A stretch of DNA of 61,868 nucleotides from Asterionella formosa. Lineage: Eukaryota. Both the position numbers and the translations under genes were made by a program. Below, piece by piece: positions 35,661 to 49,001 of this stretch; the stretch's first letter is position 1, and each line of letters begins with the position of its first letter. Below the pieces are notes generated by a model. That model saw only the letters and a program-made list of their open reading frames with translations. It did no database searches and was not told where the DNA came from. The stretch covers positions 1 to 61,868 of the forward strand of contig NKIB01013229.1 in assembly GCA_002256025.1 (NCBI GenBank). Reading direction: 5' to 3'.

Positions 35661-36251
35661 ATGAAGTCTGTTATCATCGCCTCCCTTCTCGCTTCCGCCG
35701 CCGCCTTCGCCCCTGCCAAGCAGGCCGCCAAGACTACGGCCGTGAACATGGCTTTCGAAGACGAACTCGGTGCCCAAGCTCCTCTTGGATTCTGGGATCC
35801 TCTTGGCTTGGTTGCCGATGGTGACCAGGACAAGTTCGACCGTCTCCGATACGTCGAAATCAAGCACGGACGTATCTCCATGCTTGCCGTCGTCGGATAC
35901 CTCGTTGCCGAGAACGGCATCCGCCTTCCAGGAGACATTGACTACTCCGGCACCACCTTCGCCTCCATCCCTAACGGATTCGGAGCCCTTGATGCCATCT
36001 CTGGAGCCGGAATTGCCCAAATTGTTGCTTTCATCGGATTCCTTGAGCTTGCCGTCATGAAGGACATCACCGGAGGAGAATTCGTCGGCGACTTCCGTAA
36101 CGGTGCCCTTGACTTCGGCTGGGACTCCTTCGATGCCGAGACTCAACTCTCCAAGCGTGCCATCGAGCTCAACCAAGGCCGTGCTGCCCAGATGGGAATC
36201 CTTGCCCTTATGGTCCACGAGAAGCTTGGAGTCTCCCTCATCCCTAACTAA
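35661..36251 (+). CDS. Lhcf: Fucoxanthin-chlorophyll a/c binding protein (Lhcf)
   Basis: Presequence ASAAAFAP. Motifs AFEDELGAQAPLGFWDPLG, RLRYVEIKHGRISMLA, ELNQGRAAQMG. Confidence 0.97.
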   Translation: MKSVIIASLLASAAAFAPAKQAAKTTAVNMAFEDELGAQAPLGFWDPLGLVADGDQDKFDRLRYVEIKHGRISMLAVVGYLVAENGIRLPGDIDYSGTTFASIPNGFGALDAISGAGIAQIVAFIGFLELAVMKDITGGEFVGDFRNGALDFGWDSFDAETQLSKRAIELNQGRAAQMGILALMVHEKLGVSLIPN

Positions 36252-37207
36252 GTTGCCTGAACCCAACAGCTATGGGTCGGCCTCTATCGGACAAATTACC
36301 CTGTCACTAGTTCTTGTTTAACATAGAGAAATGATTATGCTGAACTTGTTTTTCTCAATCAAATATATCTCATAGGAAGAACTACTGGTATATACATCGT
36401 TGCGAACATGGTGTTCAAGTTGTTTCATGAGACCTAAAGATTTACTCTCAAATTCTTAAATAGTCCGCAAGTACGACCGCTAAGACCATGCCACTTGGCA
36501 GTCAGTGGTGAGGATAGTATTGAGCGAAACATAAGCATAGACCACCTCTACATAGCTCCAAAAGATTGCTTGTTCCATGAGTTCAATGTCTTTCTATGTG
36601 GTGAAACCCGGGGGTATAAGACATGTACAAGTAAGCAAGGCAGAGAAGCTACATAGGAGACAACAGCGACGATTTTCTGATGGAGCTTGAAGGCGATAAG
36701 CATGGGCTTGGTAAATGGTACCAGGTACCAGATACCTGGTACCCTGGTACGGAGTAACCGTAATCCAAAGTACACACTGCCCGTGACTGGGTTGCCTTGT
36801 ACGTTGTACCAGTACTATGTGCTACCTGGTACTCCGAGTAAAAGTTACTCTCTATCGTGCGTACTCGTCCAATACAACCTCGTCATGCTCCTAGCGGCTC
36901 CTGCCTGTAGATGCCACTTGACGATGATCACGCACCAGGTACCAGGTACCACTAGCATGTAAGAACCAGGTACTCTGGTACAGTACCAGCAGACATAAAA
37001 CAATTCAGTACATGTACTACCGATACATGATGTACGCAAGGGCCATGGTGAGTCATTTGTCCGGCGTGAACAATGTTTCCGTCTGTGCGTATCTTTTCTA
37101 TTCTGTGGTTTCTAACTACATACATAGCTATTTTGCATTGTTGTGACGGCCAACACAAATTTTGGGAGATATCATCTACCGGTACTTCGTTAGTGTTGTG
37201 AATAATC

Positions 37208-37917
37208 ATGATGAAGTTTGCCGTTGCCGCCCTTATTGCTGGATCTGCCGCTGCTTTCGTTCCCTTGAAGGCTAGTCGTGATGCAGTCATGACTCTCATG
37301 GCATTTGAAGATGAGATTGGAGCTCAGGCCCCTCTTGGTCTTTTTGACCCACTTGGCCTTGTGCGTGATGGCGATGAAGATAAGTTCAACAGGTTGCGAT
37401 ATGTGGAACTCAAGCACGGACGCATCTCTATGCTGGCTGTACTTGGACATATTGTCACATCTTCTGGTACCCGCCTTCCTGGAGACATTGACTTTTCTGG
37501 AACTTCATTTGAGTCAATCCCTGGTGGCCTGGGTGCCCTCTCGGCTATCCCTGCCGCTGGCCTTGCTCAAATCTTTGCATTCATTGGATTTTTGGAGCTT
37601 TCGGTCATGAAAGATGTCACTGGTGATGCTGAGTTCGGAGGAGATTTCCGTAACGGTGCTCTTGATTTTGGATGGGACACTTTTTCGCCAGAAGAACAGG
37701 AACGCAAGCGTGGCATTGAGCTCAACAATGGGTAAGTTTTTGTTTATGTTTGCCGTGTTATGTGTACATGTGGCGGTAGCTAACTTCACGAAATTTCTTT
37801 CATCTTTCTAGGAGGGCTGCCATGATGGGAATCCTTGCGTTGATGGTGCATGAGGAGCTTCCTTCTCATGATCCATACATGATTAATGCTCTCCTGGGCG
37901 CACCAGTTGACTTCTAA
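37208..37917 (+). CDS. Lhcf: Second Lhcf; exons 37208-37731 and 37812-37917
   Basis: GSAAAFVP and RLRYVELKHGRISMLA. ELNNG|RAAMMGILALMVHE is restored across a GTAAG...TAG intron. Confidence 0.95.
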
Positions 37918-38067
37918 GTATTGCAGCGCTGCTTATCAATAAATGAAACTTTCGACTTTTCTTGCGTATTTCAGTATTCTACTTTGACTACAGCAACTAC
38001 ATAACGCAGAGACTCCGCAACAAAAATTATATTCGTCTATTCTAGATGATACCAATCCAATCAAAAC

Positions 38068-39030
38068 TCATGCATGGTCCAAGTCGTTCTCGTCTTGTTC
38101 GGTTGCAGTGGCTCGCAAAGTTGCTCGCTCTTCAAGTTTCATTTCCCTGGGTCGACCTCCCAAGAAAGGCAGCCTACCACAACCCAAAACACCGGTGAAG
38201 AAAATAGTTCCAATAATAGGATTGTAGAAGAACAAGGCCAGTGCGACTTCAATTAGCCACGTAATCAAGAAATGAAAACTGTTCGCGTTGGTATCACCTA
38301 GCTGAATCTGGTCATCGAAGATACCAGCTGAGTGCAAATCTTGTGATGTCGCACTACTAGAATTGGCAGCTAACGTCGCACGTAGAACAACAGCGAAACT
38401 CGCTATTGCCGTCACTACAATCACAGTGAAGATCACGACATAACTTCCCAGCCACCTCCATCTTCCACAAAATTCCATGCATCCACCTGGAAGGCAGCAT
38501 ACGCACGCACATAGAAACCACAAAGACAAGTCGAAAATGGAATGCAAAGCTCCACCTACAGTCCAGAGAAATATTTGCTGGTTCGAAACGCTCACATTTC
38601 CGTGCGTGCCTCCATTTTTTTGTGAGTTCCAATTCGTCGAGTTCGCAAAATTAATCTGAACGGAAATGAATTCTTGGTTTATGCCCGATTCAGCGTACTG
38701 CAAAAACCACAAGTAGACAAAGTTTGTTATGACCAAACCAGAGCAAAGCGAACCAATCAACATGATCACACGAGTGCACGTTGTCATGGGATGAAGGCGA
38801 TTCGAACAGCAAATCCCAAGAACGGGATGGTTGTTCAGAAAGTATTGCCGCCAATCTTGAAAGTAGGAGTTGCCTGGGAGGTGATAGGCTCGGTTGGCTA
38901 GAGCTGGAACTATTTGGGCGAGTTGATCACGTTCAGCCTTACGGGCTTGGACGGACTTGCTATTGTATGCGGCCAGGCGCGAGGCAGCATTTGAAGCGGA
39001 AGTAGATTGAGCATTTCTTATTGGGGGCAT
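38068..39030 (-). CDS. Uncharacterised multi-pass membrane protein (about 4 TM segments, Cys-rich)
   Basis: 320-aa ATG-initiated ORF with several hydrophobic helices and CACVCCLPGGC. Confidence 0.75.
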   Translation of the reverse strand: MPPIRNAQSTSASNAASRLAAYNSKSVQARKAERDQLAQIVPALANRAYHLPGNSYFQDWRQYFLNNHPVLGICCSNRLHPMTTCTRVIMLIGSLCSGLVITNFVYLWFLQYAESGINQEFISVQINFANSTNWNSQKNGGTHGNVSVSNQQIFLWTVGGALHSIFDLSLWFLCACVCCLPGGCMEFCGRWRWLGSYVVIFTVIVVTAIASFAVVLRATLAANSSSATSQDLHSAGIFDDQIQLGDTNANSFHFLITWLIEVALALFFYNPIIGTIFFTGVLGCGRLPFLGGRPREMKLEERATLRATATEQDENDLDHA

Positions 39031-40721
39031 GATGTGAAGGAACAGTCAATGTACAGCAATATGGTTGTGAAGGTGAATGTGTTTAATGACAACTTGAGTC
39101 CCTGGGAAGAATTCCTGCTTGTATTCTTCGGGATAATTGCATTGATGTGTTTTTGTTAATACGACTGCAACGCTTGTCCGGTTTGAATAAAATGGTTTGC
39201 TTTTTTGCGGTCAATATAATTTAGTCTTGTAGATCAAAAGTTATGTTTAGCGCGCATTGGCTCACATACCGCGTAGTTGTTGCTTGGCTGTGATAAAATC
39301 CTGTACAGGGTACTAGCACCTGTTGGTATGATCGTACCAGGGGTAACAGGTACTGGTACCTACGTACGATTCGACCCGGTTCCGCGAGTCGGATAACGTT
39401 GTGCCTGTATTGTTCGGAATGAAAGAATACCGGGACTTTTCCCAAACAGGGTTGAAAACGAGAAAACTATTCGTAAATTCAACTGCCCATTGGCATTTGC
39501 ACCACAATTGCACCACCAATTTCACCATTATTATAGATTGCCCAACCCCCGTGTATAATTTCGCTTGCTTATTGCCATGAGCATATGTGATGTTGATCAA
39601 GCAGCCTTGTCAACTTCAGCAGCTCAATGTGTGGGCATTTTTGGTATCATGGAGTCAGTTTGCTTGCACCTTTGCACCTTTGCACCTTTGCATCTTTGCT
39701 TCCATTTGGGGTGGGCTTCCCATCATTGCTTACATTTTTCTCTTGTTGCTACCACTGGTTCCCCATGTATGATGATTCAACAAAACGGAACTCTCATGCT
39801 ATTTTAATGGCCTCGACCTCCCTGGAATGTTTCCATTTCTTTGAAACATTTGCATTTACATTAGAACTGCTGAGATATAGTTGTCTTTCCACTGTGCTCT
39901 GAAACAAGAAGAAGGGAAATATTGTGGGACCATGGAACAAAGAAAGAGTTAAATCGAGAATTCACTAAAACAATTTTTTAGTTCAAATGGAGTATACTAC
40001 ATTCTTGAAATCGATTCCTGCATAGAAACATTTCTATGTGGTGGGACACATTATCATTTACCATTGACCAAAGCATTGAAAACAAAGGAGTAGTTCCAGG
40101 ACTCAACAATTTGCTAATTTAAAAATGATGAAAACTCCAGCTATTGAATTTTTTGGATCACATGGGATTTTTTGCACTAGTTTCTACTCGATTATTTGTA
40201 TTGTTTGTAACTGATGATCAACCTTGCATTTATGATAAAGCATCACCCTATACTAAGTAATGAAAAAAAACATAAACAGTGGTGGTTTCAGAATCTGGTA
40301 GTCAAGAATGAGCGAGCTAGTTAACAGTGACAACAGGAATGAGGGACAGTGCTGGCTGGCTGAAAGAGACTGATCCAGAGTAGCTGCCTAGTACAATCGA
40401 ATTCAGTCACACAATCAGCATATACTAGCTATATAGTCAATCATGCCAGCATTTTCATCTCCCCTTGCTGCAGCATCTCTGGGTTACTTTAATTCTTTCT
40501 TTGTTCCAGCATGTTTTATGCGCACCTTTTCAGTTTCGATGCACTCCCAATGGATCGTCTTATGCCTGCCGAATAAGATAGACTGGTTTTTCATTCCAAA
40601 CTCTCTTACATAATATCAATCATTAAATCCAAGTCGTGTTGTGATCATCGAAATCGTTTTCACCTACTACTACTGGTAATGGTATTCAGCAACTGGATGA
40701 CGGTTTACAAATGGAATTCAC

Positions 40722-40960
40722 CAATTAGCAATTTCTAGTCATAGTCATCAATGTCTAGTCAGTCAGTGATGTCTAGTCGGAGTTAGCGATTTCTAGTCAC
40801 AGTCAGGAAATTCTAATTGTTTTCAGCACACCAATCAGTAACTTGTAGTCGTAGTCAACAATTTCTTGTCATAGTCAGCAAATTCCAGTCAATTTCAGCA
40901 ATTTCTAATTGTTGTCAGCAGATTTCTGGTTGTATGTGCTAGTCACCAGCTGGATCAGTA
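40722..40960. repeat. Minisatellite-containing dispersed repeat, copy 1
   Basis: Units like TTCTAGTCATAGTCAGCAA, ending GTCACCAGCTGGATCAGTA. Paralogous to 43918-44044. Confidence 0.7.
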
Positions 40961-41389
40961 ATCATAAACAAAAGGGTCATTTTGAAAATGTCAATGGACT
41001 ATTAATCGACATTAAATGAATAGTTAATCAAACAAAATTTCGTTCGGCCTATAGATTACCGTAGTTTAGCGTGCTGCTTATGGTGAAAGTGTCAAATCTC
41101 TTCGTAACTTCGTCGTTTTGAATTGTGCATCATCTAGACTACATGAAGCAATGCTCCATCAGCGTCTTAATTTTTCGTTTGGTTGCAACTTTACTGGAAC
41201 AGAGGGAGCAAGTCTCTATGGTGAAAGTAAGAACAAGTATGATCATAGTGAGTGTAGAAGAGACTATAAGGTTAACATTTTATAGTGCCACAGTTGAGTA
41301 CTACTTGATTGACATAGTATAACTAGTGGATATGAATGCAAAACATGCCATAAACAAAGTTTCAAAACCATTGATGTATTTTTCTACGA

Positions 41390-41580
41390 GTAGAATTATT
41401 ACTGTGTTGATTACCAAGGGAACTGATGTGCGTGACTGCCAAGCGTGCCAATGGAGGTACCAGGGTATTGCATTTTTTGAAGAGCTGCCCCTGTTGGAGG
41501 ATTTGAAGCCATCAGAATTTTATTGAGGCTGGCGCCAAATACAATTTCCGCAATGGCGATTGTGTCACACCCCGCCTGAT
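41390..41580 (+). pseudogene. Ankyrin-repeat remnant
   Basis: LITKGTDV, then across frameshifts GGFEAIRIL/EAGAKYNFRNGDCVTP*. Confidence 0.4.
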
Positions 41581-42489
41581 AGATGTCAATTCCATAGGTG
41601 AACAAGGTGAAGAACTAGATGTGATCTCCAAGGACCCACCTGCCAGCATCTGCAAGCACTGATGATTTTGATGTAGTAAATGCTTCTAACATGCATGTCA
41701 CAATTTACCCTAGCTTAAAAACCATGTTGGATAAACAGAAGAGAGTTTTTCGTTTCCAGATTACCAATATACAAATGCATAGTATTCATATTGTTTTTTA
41801 TTGGTAGTACTAGATAAGTGTTGTGCTAGCTTTGTAAGAACAAGGAATTTACAGGATCTGTAATGCTAATAATGAAAAAACTACATAACTGGTAGCCGAC
41901 TTCTTTCCAACCTTCAATCCTCCTCCCCTCCATCTCAATTACTTTCCCTTCTCACTTTCTTGATGCATATTCCTGAAGTGGTTGTCATCAGATGAGTCAC
42001 TATTGTTGCCCATTTCTTCATCATATGAAAATGTAAAGTGGTCCCAACATGTCAAAATATACCAGTACTAATATAATCATGCACCTGAGTTGGACATCAT
42101 TTTTCATTAAGCAGAATACAAATATAATAACCCTCTACATTTATTTCTCGTTGATAAAAGTTTGGTTGCAAGATTCGACTTTTTTAGGATTTTGTTGATG
42201 CAGCAGTAGAAAAAATATTAAAAATTCATGTATTGATAAAAAATTTCCTTGACCAAAAGATGTACTTTGATAATTTCAACTTCAATTGGCTTTTGTTGAC
42301 GCAGTGGAGATTCTTTTACAGTTTTAGCCTTTTGGATTAATGCTTCAAAGTTCAACTGAGATTATAATTTGCATAAGGAATTGTGCATCATCTCAATCAA
42401 CTAGACAACTATTCAACAATCATGTAGCTGCTCTGACTGAACAGCTTGTCATTCCGTTTTGTTGGAAAATTCCACATCCTGAAATCACT

Positions 42490-43568
42490 TTATAAAACAG
42501 AACCTTGATCTGTCCGTGGCTTCTTGGGAGGTGGACCAGGTGGAGGTGGTGACCTTTTCCCCAGGGTGGGGCCTGGTGGCTTGCTACCATGTGAAGGTTC
42601 AGGTGGTCGACTTGCCTTGGCTGCACGCAATTTATCTAGATCTGAATGGATAACCTTGAAAGCATCATGATCAATTGCCTTCTTATCCTGAATCAACTCC
42701 AAAATTTGGACGCTAATGGCTATGGAAGACAGAAACAGGACCAGGGTCAGTGTGACATAAACGGTTGCCCGTTCCGCCCACCATTGGACTTACATGCTAG
42801 AATCTCCACATCGTTCCACTCCAAGATTTCCAACCATGTTTGATTTCCTGTCGGCACAACCTTAGCAAACTGTGCACCCAAGTAGACACAGGTAGTGGCA
42901 ATTTGTTGCGCATCAAACTGCAAGCACAAACTTGTGTGCATGGAATCATTAGCGAAATTCATACTGTACTGTACCAACTCATGCATCATTTTTTCTCGTG
43001 GCTTACTGGGTGCGACGTATTCGACCGACCGTTTGGAAATAAGCTTTTTGATCGTTTCCACTAGAAACTTGTAAGGATGATCAATGGACAGTTCAAAGCC
43101 AATTGTGTGCAGAACTACTCGTTCCAACAATAAGATGCGCTCTTTTAATTTGAGAAATTCTTCGCCTTTGGGGTCCAAGCTAATCCCACCACTGGTACTT
43201 CCTGGATGATTCGGCGAGGATTGGCTCATCCGGCCAGCTGCTTGTGCCCTCGACCTCAGTTTGTAACATTCATCGATAACGTTCACTACCTTTCGTGGCG
43301 CTTCTTCAGTCTTGGCGGCGAGCAAAATACAAGCGACAGCTACTTCGAATCGATCGTGTTCATTGAATGAGTGTTTGGCGTAGAAACGATGAAAAAAAAC
43401 CATTGCGGTGGCAGTGGCGACTCGAGGGAGCTTCAGGTTCCGGCCAGCTTCTTCGATGAACCGACATGTTTTGCGACGTTTCATGCCTTCTTCGATGAGG
43501 GACATGCCATCTTTGACAGACGGAAGCTCTGAGGCGTCAAAGGAACGTGGATCACAGACAGCCGCCAT
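42490..43568 (-). CDS. Transcriptional cyclin (cyclin K/T/L-like); exons 43568-42794 and 42719-42490
   Basis: PSVKDGMS, ATAMVFFHRFY, LLAAKTEEAPRK, LLERVVLHTIGFELSIDHPYKFL and a Pro-rich tail. GTAAG...TAG intron. Confidence 0.92.
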
Positions 43569-43917
43569 GGTTCTGAAAGAAAAGCAAAAGCAATAGGAGC
43601 ACAATAGGGAGGGGGGCTGCTGTTACCGATAGTTCCCTTTGTTTGCTCATTGGAGATACGGGTATGTAGTTCCCTGCATTGATGTGTATGGAAGGTCAGG
43701 TTATCGAGATATTAAGCTTTATCTTTTCAAGAGTACAAAACGTGTTTTTCAGGGATTTTATACCGGCATTTTTTCGATGCTACTACCGGTATGTATGTAG
43801 TGTATTTGCTTGCAATTTTGGATTATCAAAAAAGGTCCTGTATCTTGTACTCCCCTCTAAGTAAAGCAAATCAGTCATGGCTGTGTACATTAAGGGGTAC
43901 AAGACACCTGGTTTTAC

Positions 43918-44044
43918 AGTAGTCGTAGTCAGCAAATTCTATTCGTAGTGAGCAAATTCTAGTCGTGGTGGTGAGTAGTAGTCAGGAAGTTCCAGTCGTT
44001 GGCAACAAATTTCTAGTCATATGTAGTCATCAACTGGATCATTA
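43918..44044. repeat. Minisatellite-containing dispersed repeat, copy 2
   Basis: AGTCGTAGTCAGCAAATTCTA units ending GTCATCAACTGGATCATTA. Confidence 0.7.
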
Positions 44045-44385
44045 CCCAAGCGGGACTTTCCAGTTTCGACCGAAGTTTCAAACGTAGACTTGGAGGATTT
44101 GCATGGGGGATGAACAGAAGTGAAGGAGATAGTTTTAGCCATAGAAATATCAGGAGGAGCGGCATGGACAGGCAGAAAGCGCCATGGTGAGCCAAGGGTG
44201 ATTGAAGCAGTAGCAGTACCGTAGGAACGGCTGTAGACTGTGTACCAGAATAATATAATTATTAGTGGACAAGAACCCGGAAAGTTAAATGTTGCATTGT
44301 TCAAAAAGTATCCATGCATAAAATGTAAACAAAAGATTCCAATCAGCAACTGCATTTAAAAAGACGTTTTGGGGCTATTTAGATT

Positions 44386-46261
44386 TTAGCTTTTTGCTAT
44401 CTCATGCAAAATGCAGATGCATGAGGACCGGTTTTTCTTTGCACCATCACCATCATTACCAGGACCCATTCCAGAGGTATCAATTGTTCGCAAACTGGCT
44501 ATTCCAAGTACTGCCAGTCTTGCAACTGTATTTAGCCTTTGAATAGCAAAAGGTGATTCAGCTCCATTTAATTGGCCTAATGGTCCTTCCCAGTCACTTA
44601 AAACACCATTTTGCCATTGCAGGTCTAAGCCATCAATATCAAGTAACATGTTATGAAATGCACAACATGTTAGCCAGACCTTGTCAGGTTCTGTTACTCC
44701 ATGTATTCGGATGCCTGATTTTAAAATCCACCAGCGTCCCTTGAGTATTCCGAAGGTACATTCCACATCTTTTCTAAGTGACTCCAGCCATTCAGACCAT
44801 CTAAGTTCTTGTTCAGTTTCTGGGTTTTTGGTTGGAGGCACTGTTGTAGACCATTTTAGATATCCATTGTCAACTATCAAAAAGCATCCACTATACTTTA
44901 TGGATACAACTGCTCCATTCCGATCTTTTTCTTTAAGCTCAAACTCCACATCTTTTAAGGCATCTGCACCATTCTGGATGCCTCGAGCAAAAGTATCAAA
45001 GTTGATTAATGTTTTATCGTTCCATCGACAAGGATGCCCCGTGGTACTAGACAGGATCCTCTGGCGATGATTCACAGTAGCATTATAGGTTCTAAGGAAG
45101 TTTTGATGATATATGCTGGTTCCGAAGCCGATTGAAGCATCGCTCTATTGACACATGTGTAGCCTCTGTGGACCCAAGACATCCAGGGAAACCTGCCTGT
45201 GTCATTTCAAACATGTGATGCTCTGCTTCCAATGGGTTTGTTGGAGTTCTAACATATTTTTTGTAAAGGATGGTACTTCCAACTTCAATAAAGGTGTGGA
45301 AGAATTGCCTGTGGGTCTCTTGACTGATACCAGTATTCTCCTCAATGTCATCAAAAGTCCATCCTCTCCCACCAAGGTACCTGAATGCTCCTAAAACCAT
45401 AAGTTCAAGGGGTGTTGATGCCCTTCCTGTTGCATCAGGTCGAGTCCAGCAAGGAAACCAATTAGAATCTCTAGCATCAGCAACAAATTGGAGGAAGTGG
45501 TTGTGTGGTAGTCGAAATCTGCAGCGGAATTTCTTTTGAGATGACAATGATTCAACTGCTGGTCTGGAAATGTATAGTATATACCAGTTTGACATCACAG
45601 GAGTTGTCATTTGAATTAGCCCTTTGTCATTGATCTATTCACATAACTCTTGGGGGTAGAGGCACATTGTTAAGACCTTGTATTTCTGGAGTGGGCACGA
45701 GTAGAGTTCTTCTGAAATCAGACAAAAAGTGAAGATACTGGAAGTATTTCTCTGGTTCTACCTCACCATTAGCATCTAGACATTGTACAATGTTATGTGG
45801 GCGATGGTCACATGAATCCATGTGTGCCATGTTGGTGAAATGTGGGTTTGATGACATGTTGATTGTGGTGAAATCCGAGATGATTTGTTGTTGTTGTTGT
45901 TCTCAACAGTGTGGTCCCCTGGTACCTGGCTGGTACCAGAGTACCGTATAGCTATTGTTGTATCAATGTATGACATACTGGTAAATGATGCGTCCTATAT
46001 GTACTGATTCTACGATGATAATAATTGGGTTTCTAGTGACTACATTCAAAATAGTCAATATGGAATCCTATGTTTAGGTAACTTTGGGAAGAAAAAAACC
46101 TAAACGTAATGCGTTTGCGTAACTTATTGGGATATGGGCACGGAATCCCCTAAATGTAATGCGTTTGCGTTGGGTTGTTCACTCCCGATAGCATCGTTTT
46201 TTAGGGTTACCGAAACCAAAACACTGTTTGGTTTGCGTTTTGGTCCACCGTTACAACGGCC
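44386..46261 (-). mobile_element. PIF/Harbinger-type transposon remnant; frameshifted DDE transposase in pieces 45857-45639, 45610-45092, 45075-44386
   Basis: FRCRFRLP, GFPGCLGSTEATHV (catalytic D altered), WNDKT, IVDNGY, ESLRKDVECTFGILKGRW, CCAFHNML. A candidate 5' terminus TAA|GGCCGTTGTAACGG lies at ~46261, and its partner TIR was not found. Confidence 0.85.
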
Positions 46262-46687
46262 TTATTGTTGAAAGCGCCTTTGAGTGTTATACATATTTAT
46301 TTAATACGTGAAAAGTAAGTGATTGATTAGTCTGAATCTATATTACTGTTTTAACCCTACCTCGAGCTATCGTAGGGGTTCAAGTGCAGCAACCTTACAA
46401 AAAATCAGGCTGAACCTCGCACTTTCTTGTTACTACCTACATACCTGTACTGCTGTATGCAACATCAGGTACCCCTGGTACGAAAATTGTTGGTGCGTTG
46501 GATCACAATCAGCCCCCATGTCAGAAGTAATTTCACCTCAAGCCAAGCCTCAGCCAAACAAACATTTTGAAACCACCGTTATCGGTACTTCGTTAGCTAT
46601 TGACCGAGCACCTCTGCCACTCCTATCTTCAAAAGTCGACGAACAAACAACGCAAACCGCAGAGTAAACTGGCTGGAATCATCAAGC

Positions 46688-49001
46688 ATGAGTGACGAGA
46701 CAGAAAAGCGAGACCGACCAGAAGAAAATGATATAAAAGGTGAGAAGATTGCGTTCACTGCAGGTGACACATCCATCCCCTTTGAGGCCTGAACCTATCA
46801 ACAACATTGCTTACAATATTCTCATCTTTCTGCTTGCGATAATTCTTGCTCCCAAAACTTTGGAACTCTCAGAAGAAAGGCCGTCGAAACTAGCCAAGAC
46901 TGCCATTGAAAACGACGAGAACGGAGGGACTACTGACGACCCCAATGGCTCTTCGGAAGCCACGGAAAATGGAACAACCGTAGTACCTGTAGTCATACCA
47001 GATGCCGCTGTGGATACGACTGTAACTGATTCTCCAGCTCTGATGTCGAATCCTTCCGAGCCTGTAGTGGCGCCTGTCAAAGACGACAAATTCGCAGAGT
47101 ATGATACGACTGCAATTGATTCTCCAGAGAATACGTCAACTCCGACCGAACCTATAGCGGAGCCCATTAAGGAAGAAACTCCCGCATACTATTCCGCTAC
47201 GGATAAAGCTGATACTGATTCCCCAGAGATTACGTCAAAGCCGATCGAACCTGTTTCGGAGCCTATCAAGGAAGACACTCCCGCTGAGTATGTCGCCATG
47301 GTATCTTATTCTCCAGAGCGTATTTCAAAGCCGACCGAACCTGTAGCGGAACCTATTAAAAACGACAAACCCGCACAGTCGTCGGCCGCGAAGAAAGGGG
47401 TCTCATCCAAGCCTTCGTCCCTCCCTTCGGGACTTCCTCCTCTCGAAACTAATGCACAATCTATCGTCACCAACCCTGAAGCTATGGTGGAGGAGCGTGG
47501 TCAAGTTTCGTCTCACTATGTTGGGCGCGTCATTGGCAAGGGTGGCGAAATGATTCGTGACCTGCAAGCCAGATCGGGATGCCGGATCGATGTTGACCAA
47601 AATGTGCCATCAGGGCAGCCTCGTATCATTACGTATCGAGGTACCAGACGGACAGTAGACGATGCAAAGAAGATGGTGTCATTGCTGTGTCAACACGACG
47701 GAAATGAAACACTACTCCCCATTGGCGAAGCCAAGAGGAAGCACATGGTTGTTCCTTCCAGTGCCATAGGAAAGATTATTGGTCGAGGTGGAGAGATGAT
47801 TCGAGAATTGCAAAATAGATCCCAAGCCAAGATTCAAGTCGATCATTCTGCTAGTAGCCAGTTGGGTAGCGGTCGTGCTATGACTATTACAGGGACAGGT
47901 CAAGCCGTCGCGAAGGCAGAAGAAATGGTGCTATTTTTGGTCGCCAATCCACTTATGGATGCAATGGTGTCCATCGACATGCTGGTGCACGATAAGGTCA
48001 AGAATGGGGGACGTTGGGGGTCTGGACCTCCCTATCTTAATTTGCCAAATCACGGTCAGAATATGATTCCTCAAGGAGAGCAACAGCCACCGATTAATCC
48101 TTATGGTGGATATGGTCCAGGACCTTCAATGGGAGGTGGCAGTAGTTATCCTGGCTATCCAACGCAACACGGAGGTGGCGGTCACTTTGGAATCCCCCCC
48201 TCACAGCAATCTCATTACGGAACAGGGCCAGGTTCAAGTGAAGTTGAAGTCTTTCTCGCTACAAAAATGTACATGGGTCGGATCATTGGTCAAAAAGGTA
48301 TGACGATAAACGACATCCAGAAACGATCTGGTTGTGATATTCAAGTCAATCAAAATGTGCCACCTGGGCAAGACTGCGAAATTACCATAAAGGGATCTCG
48401 TCAAGGGATTGAAAGTGTGAAGCATATGCTGCGAGAAATTATTGAAATGGGACCTAATCATCCTTATGCTGGTGGCCAAGGACGTAAGTTATGCTTCTGC
48501 AGTTGCATGATACTTGTTCCTCCTAATTATCCATATTAACTTGCGGCTCTGCCATTAATTAAAACAGAATATAATGTCTCCGGCGGCGGGAGTGGAAGTT
48601 ATCCTCCGGTGCATCATGGAGGCTTTGGCGGAGCACCACCACCTCAAACCCATGGTGCCTATCAGCAACAACCTCCAATGCAGCAGTCCATGTATGGACA
48701 ACCTCTTTACGGTGGCCAACAGGCACCTTATCTTACTCAACAGCCTTACATCCAGCCGATGTCCATGGGAGGAATGCCCCCGTACCAATCGCCCCATATG
48801 CACCAGTATACTCCACCTCCACAATATGGGCAGCCCCAGCAACCGTATCAGAATCCTCCTCAGCAGCAGTACGCCCCTCCACCCATGGTGATGCCAGTAG
48901 CACCCGTATGGAAGTCGGCAAAGACTGGGGATGGGCAGGTGTATTACTACAACGAAAAAACAGGAGAAACTCAATGGGACAAACCTGCAGGAATGCCGTA
49001 A
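46688..49001 (+). CDS. KH-domain RNA-binding protein (3 KH, FUBP/KHSRP-like) with C-terminal WW domain; exons 46688-46739, 46873-48483, 48568-49001
   Basis: GRVIGKGGEMI, GKIIGRGGEMI, GRIIGQKGMTI and WKSAKTGDGQVYYYNEKTGETQWDKP. Two in-frame GT-AG introns. Confidence 0.92.

Noticed and set aside
35619..36266. 215-aa antisense ORF and other overlapping ORFs over Lhcf
   Set aside because: Shadow ORFs caused by the strong codon bias of a highly expressed gene.
43573..43680. Extra coding exon upstream of the cyclin
   Set aside because: The candidate splice gives an out-of-frame or stopped product. At most it is a 5' UTR intron or uORF.
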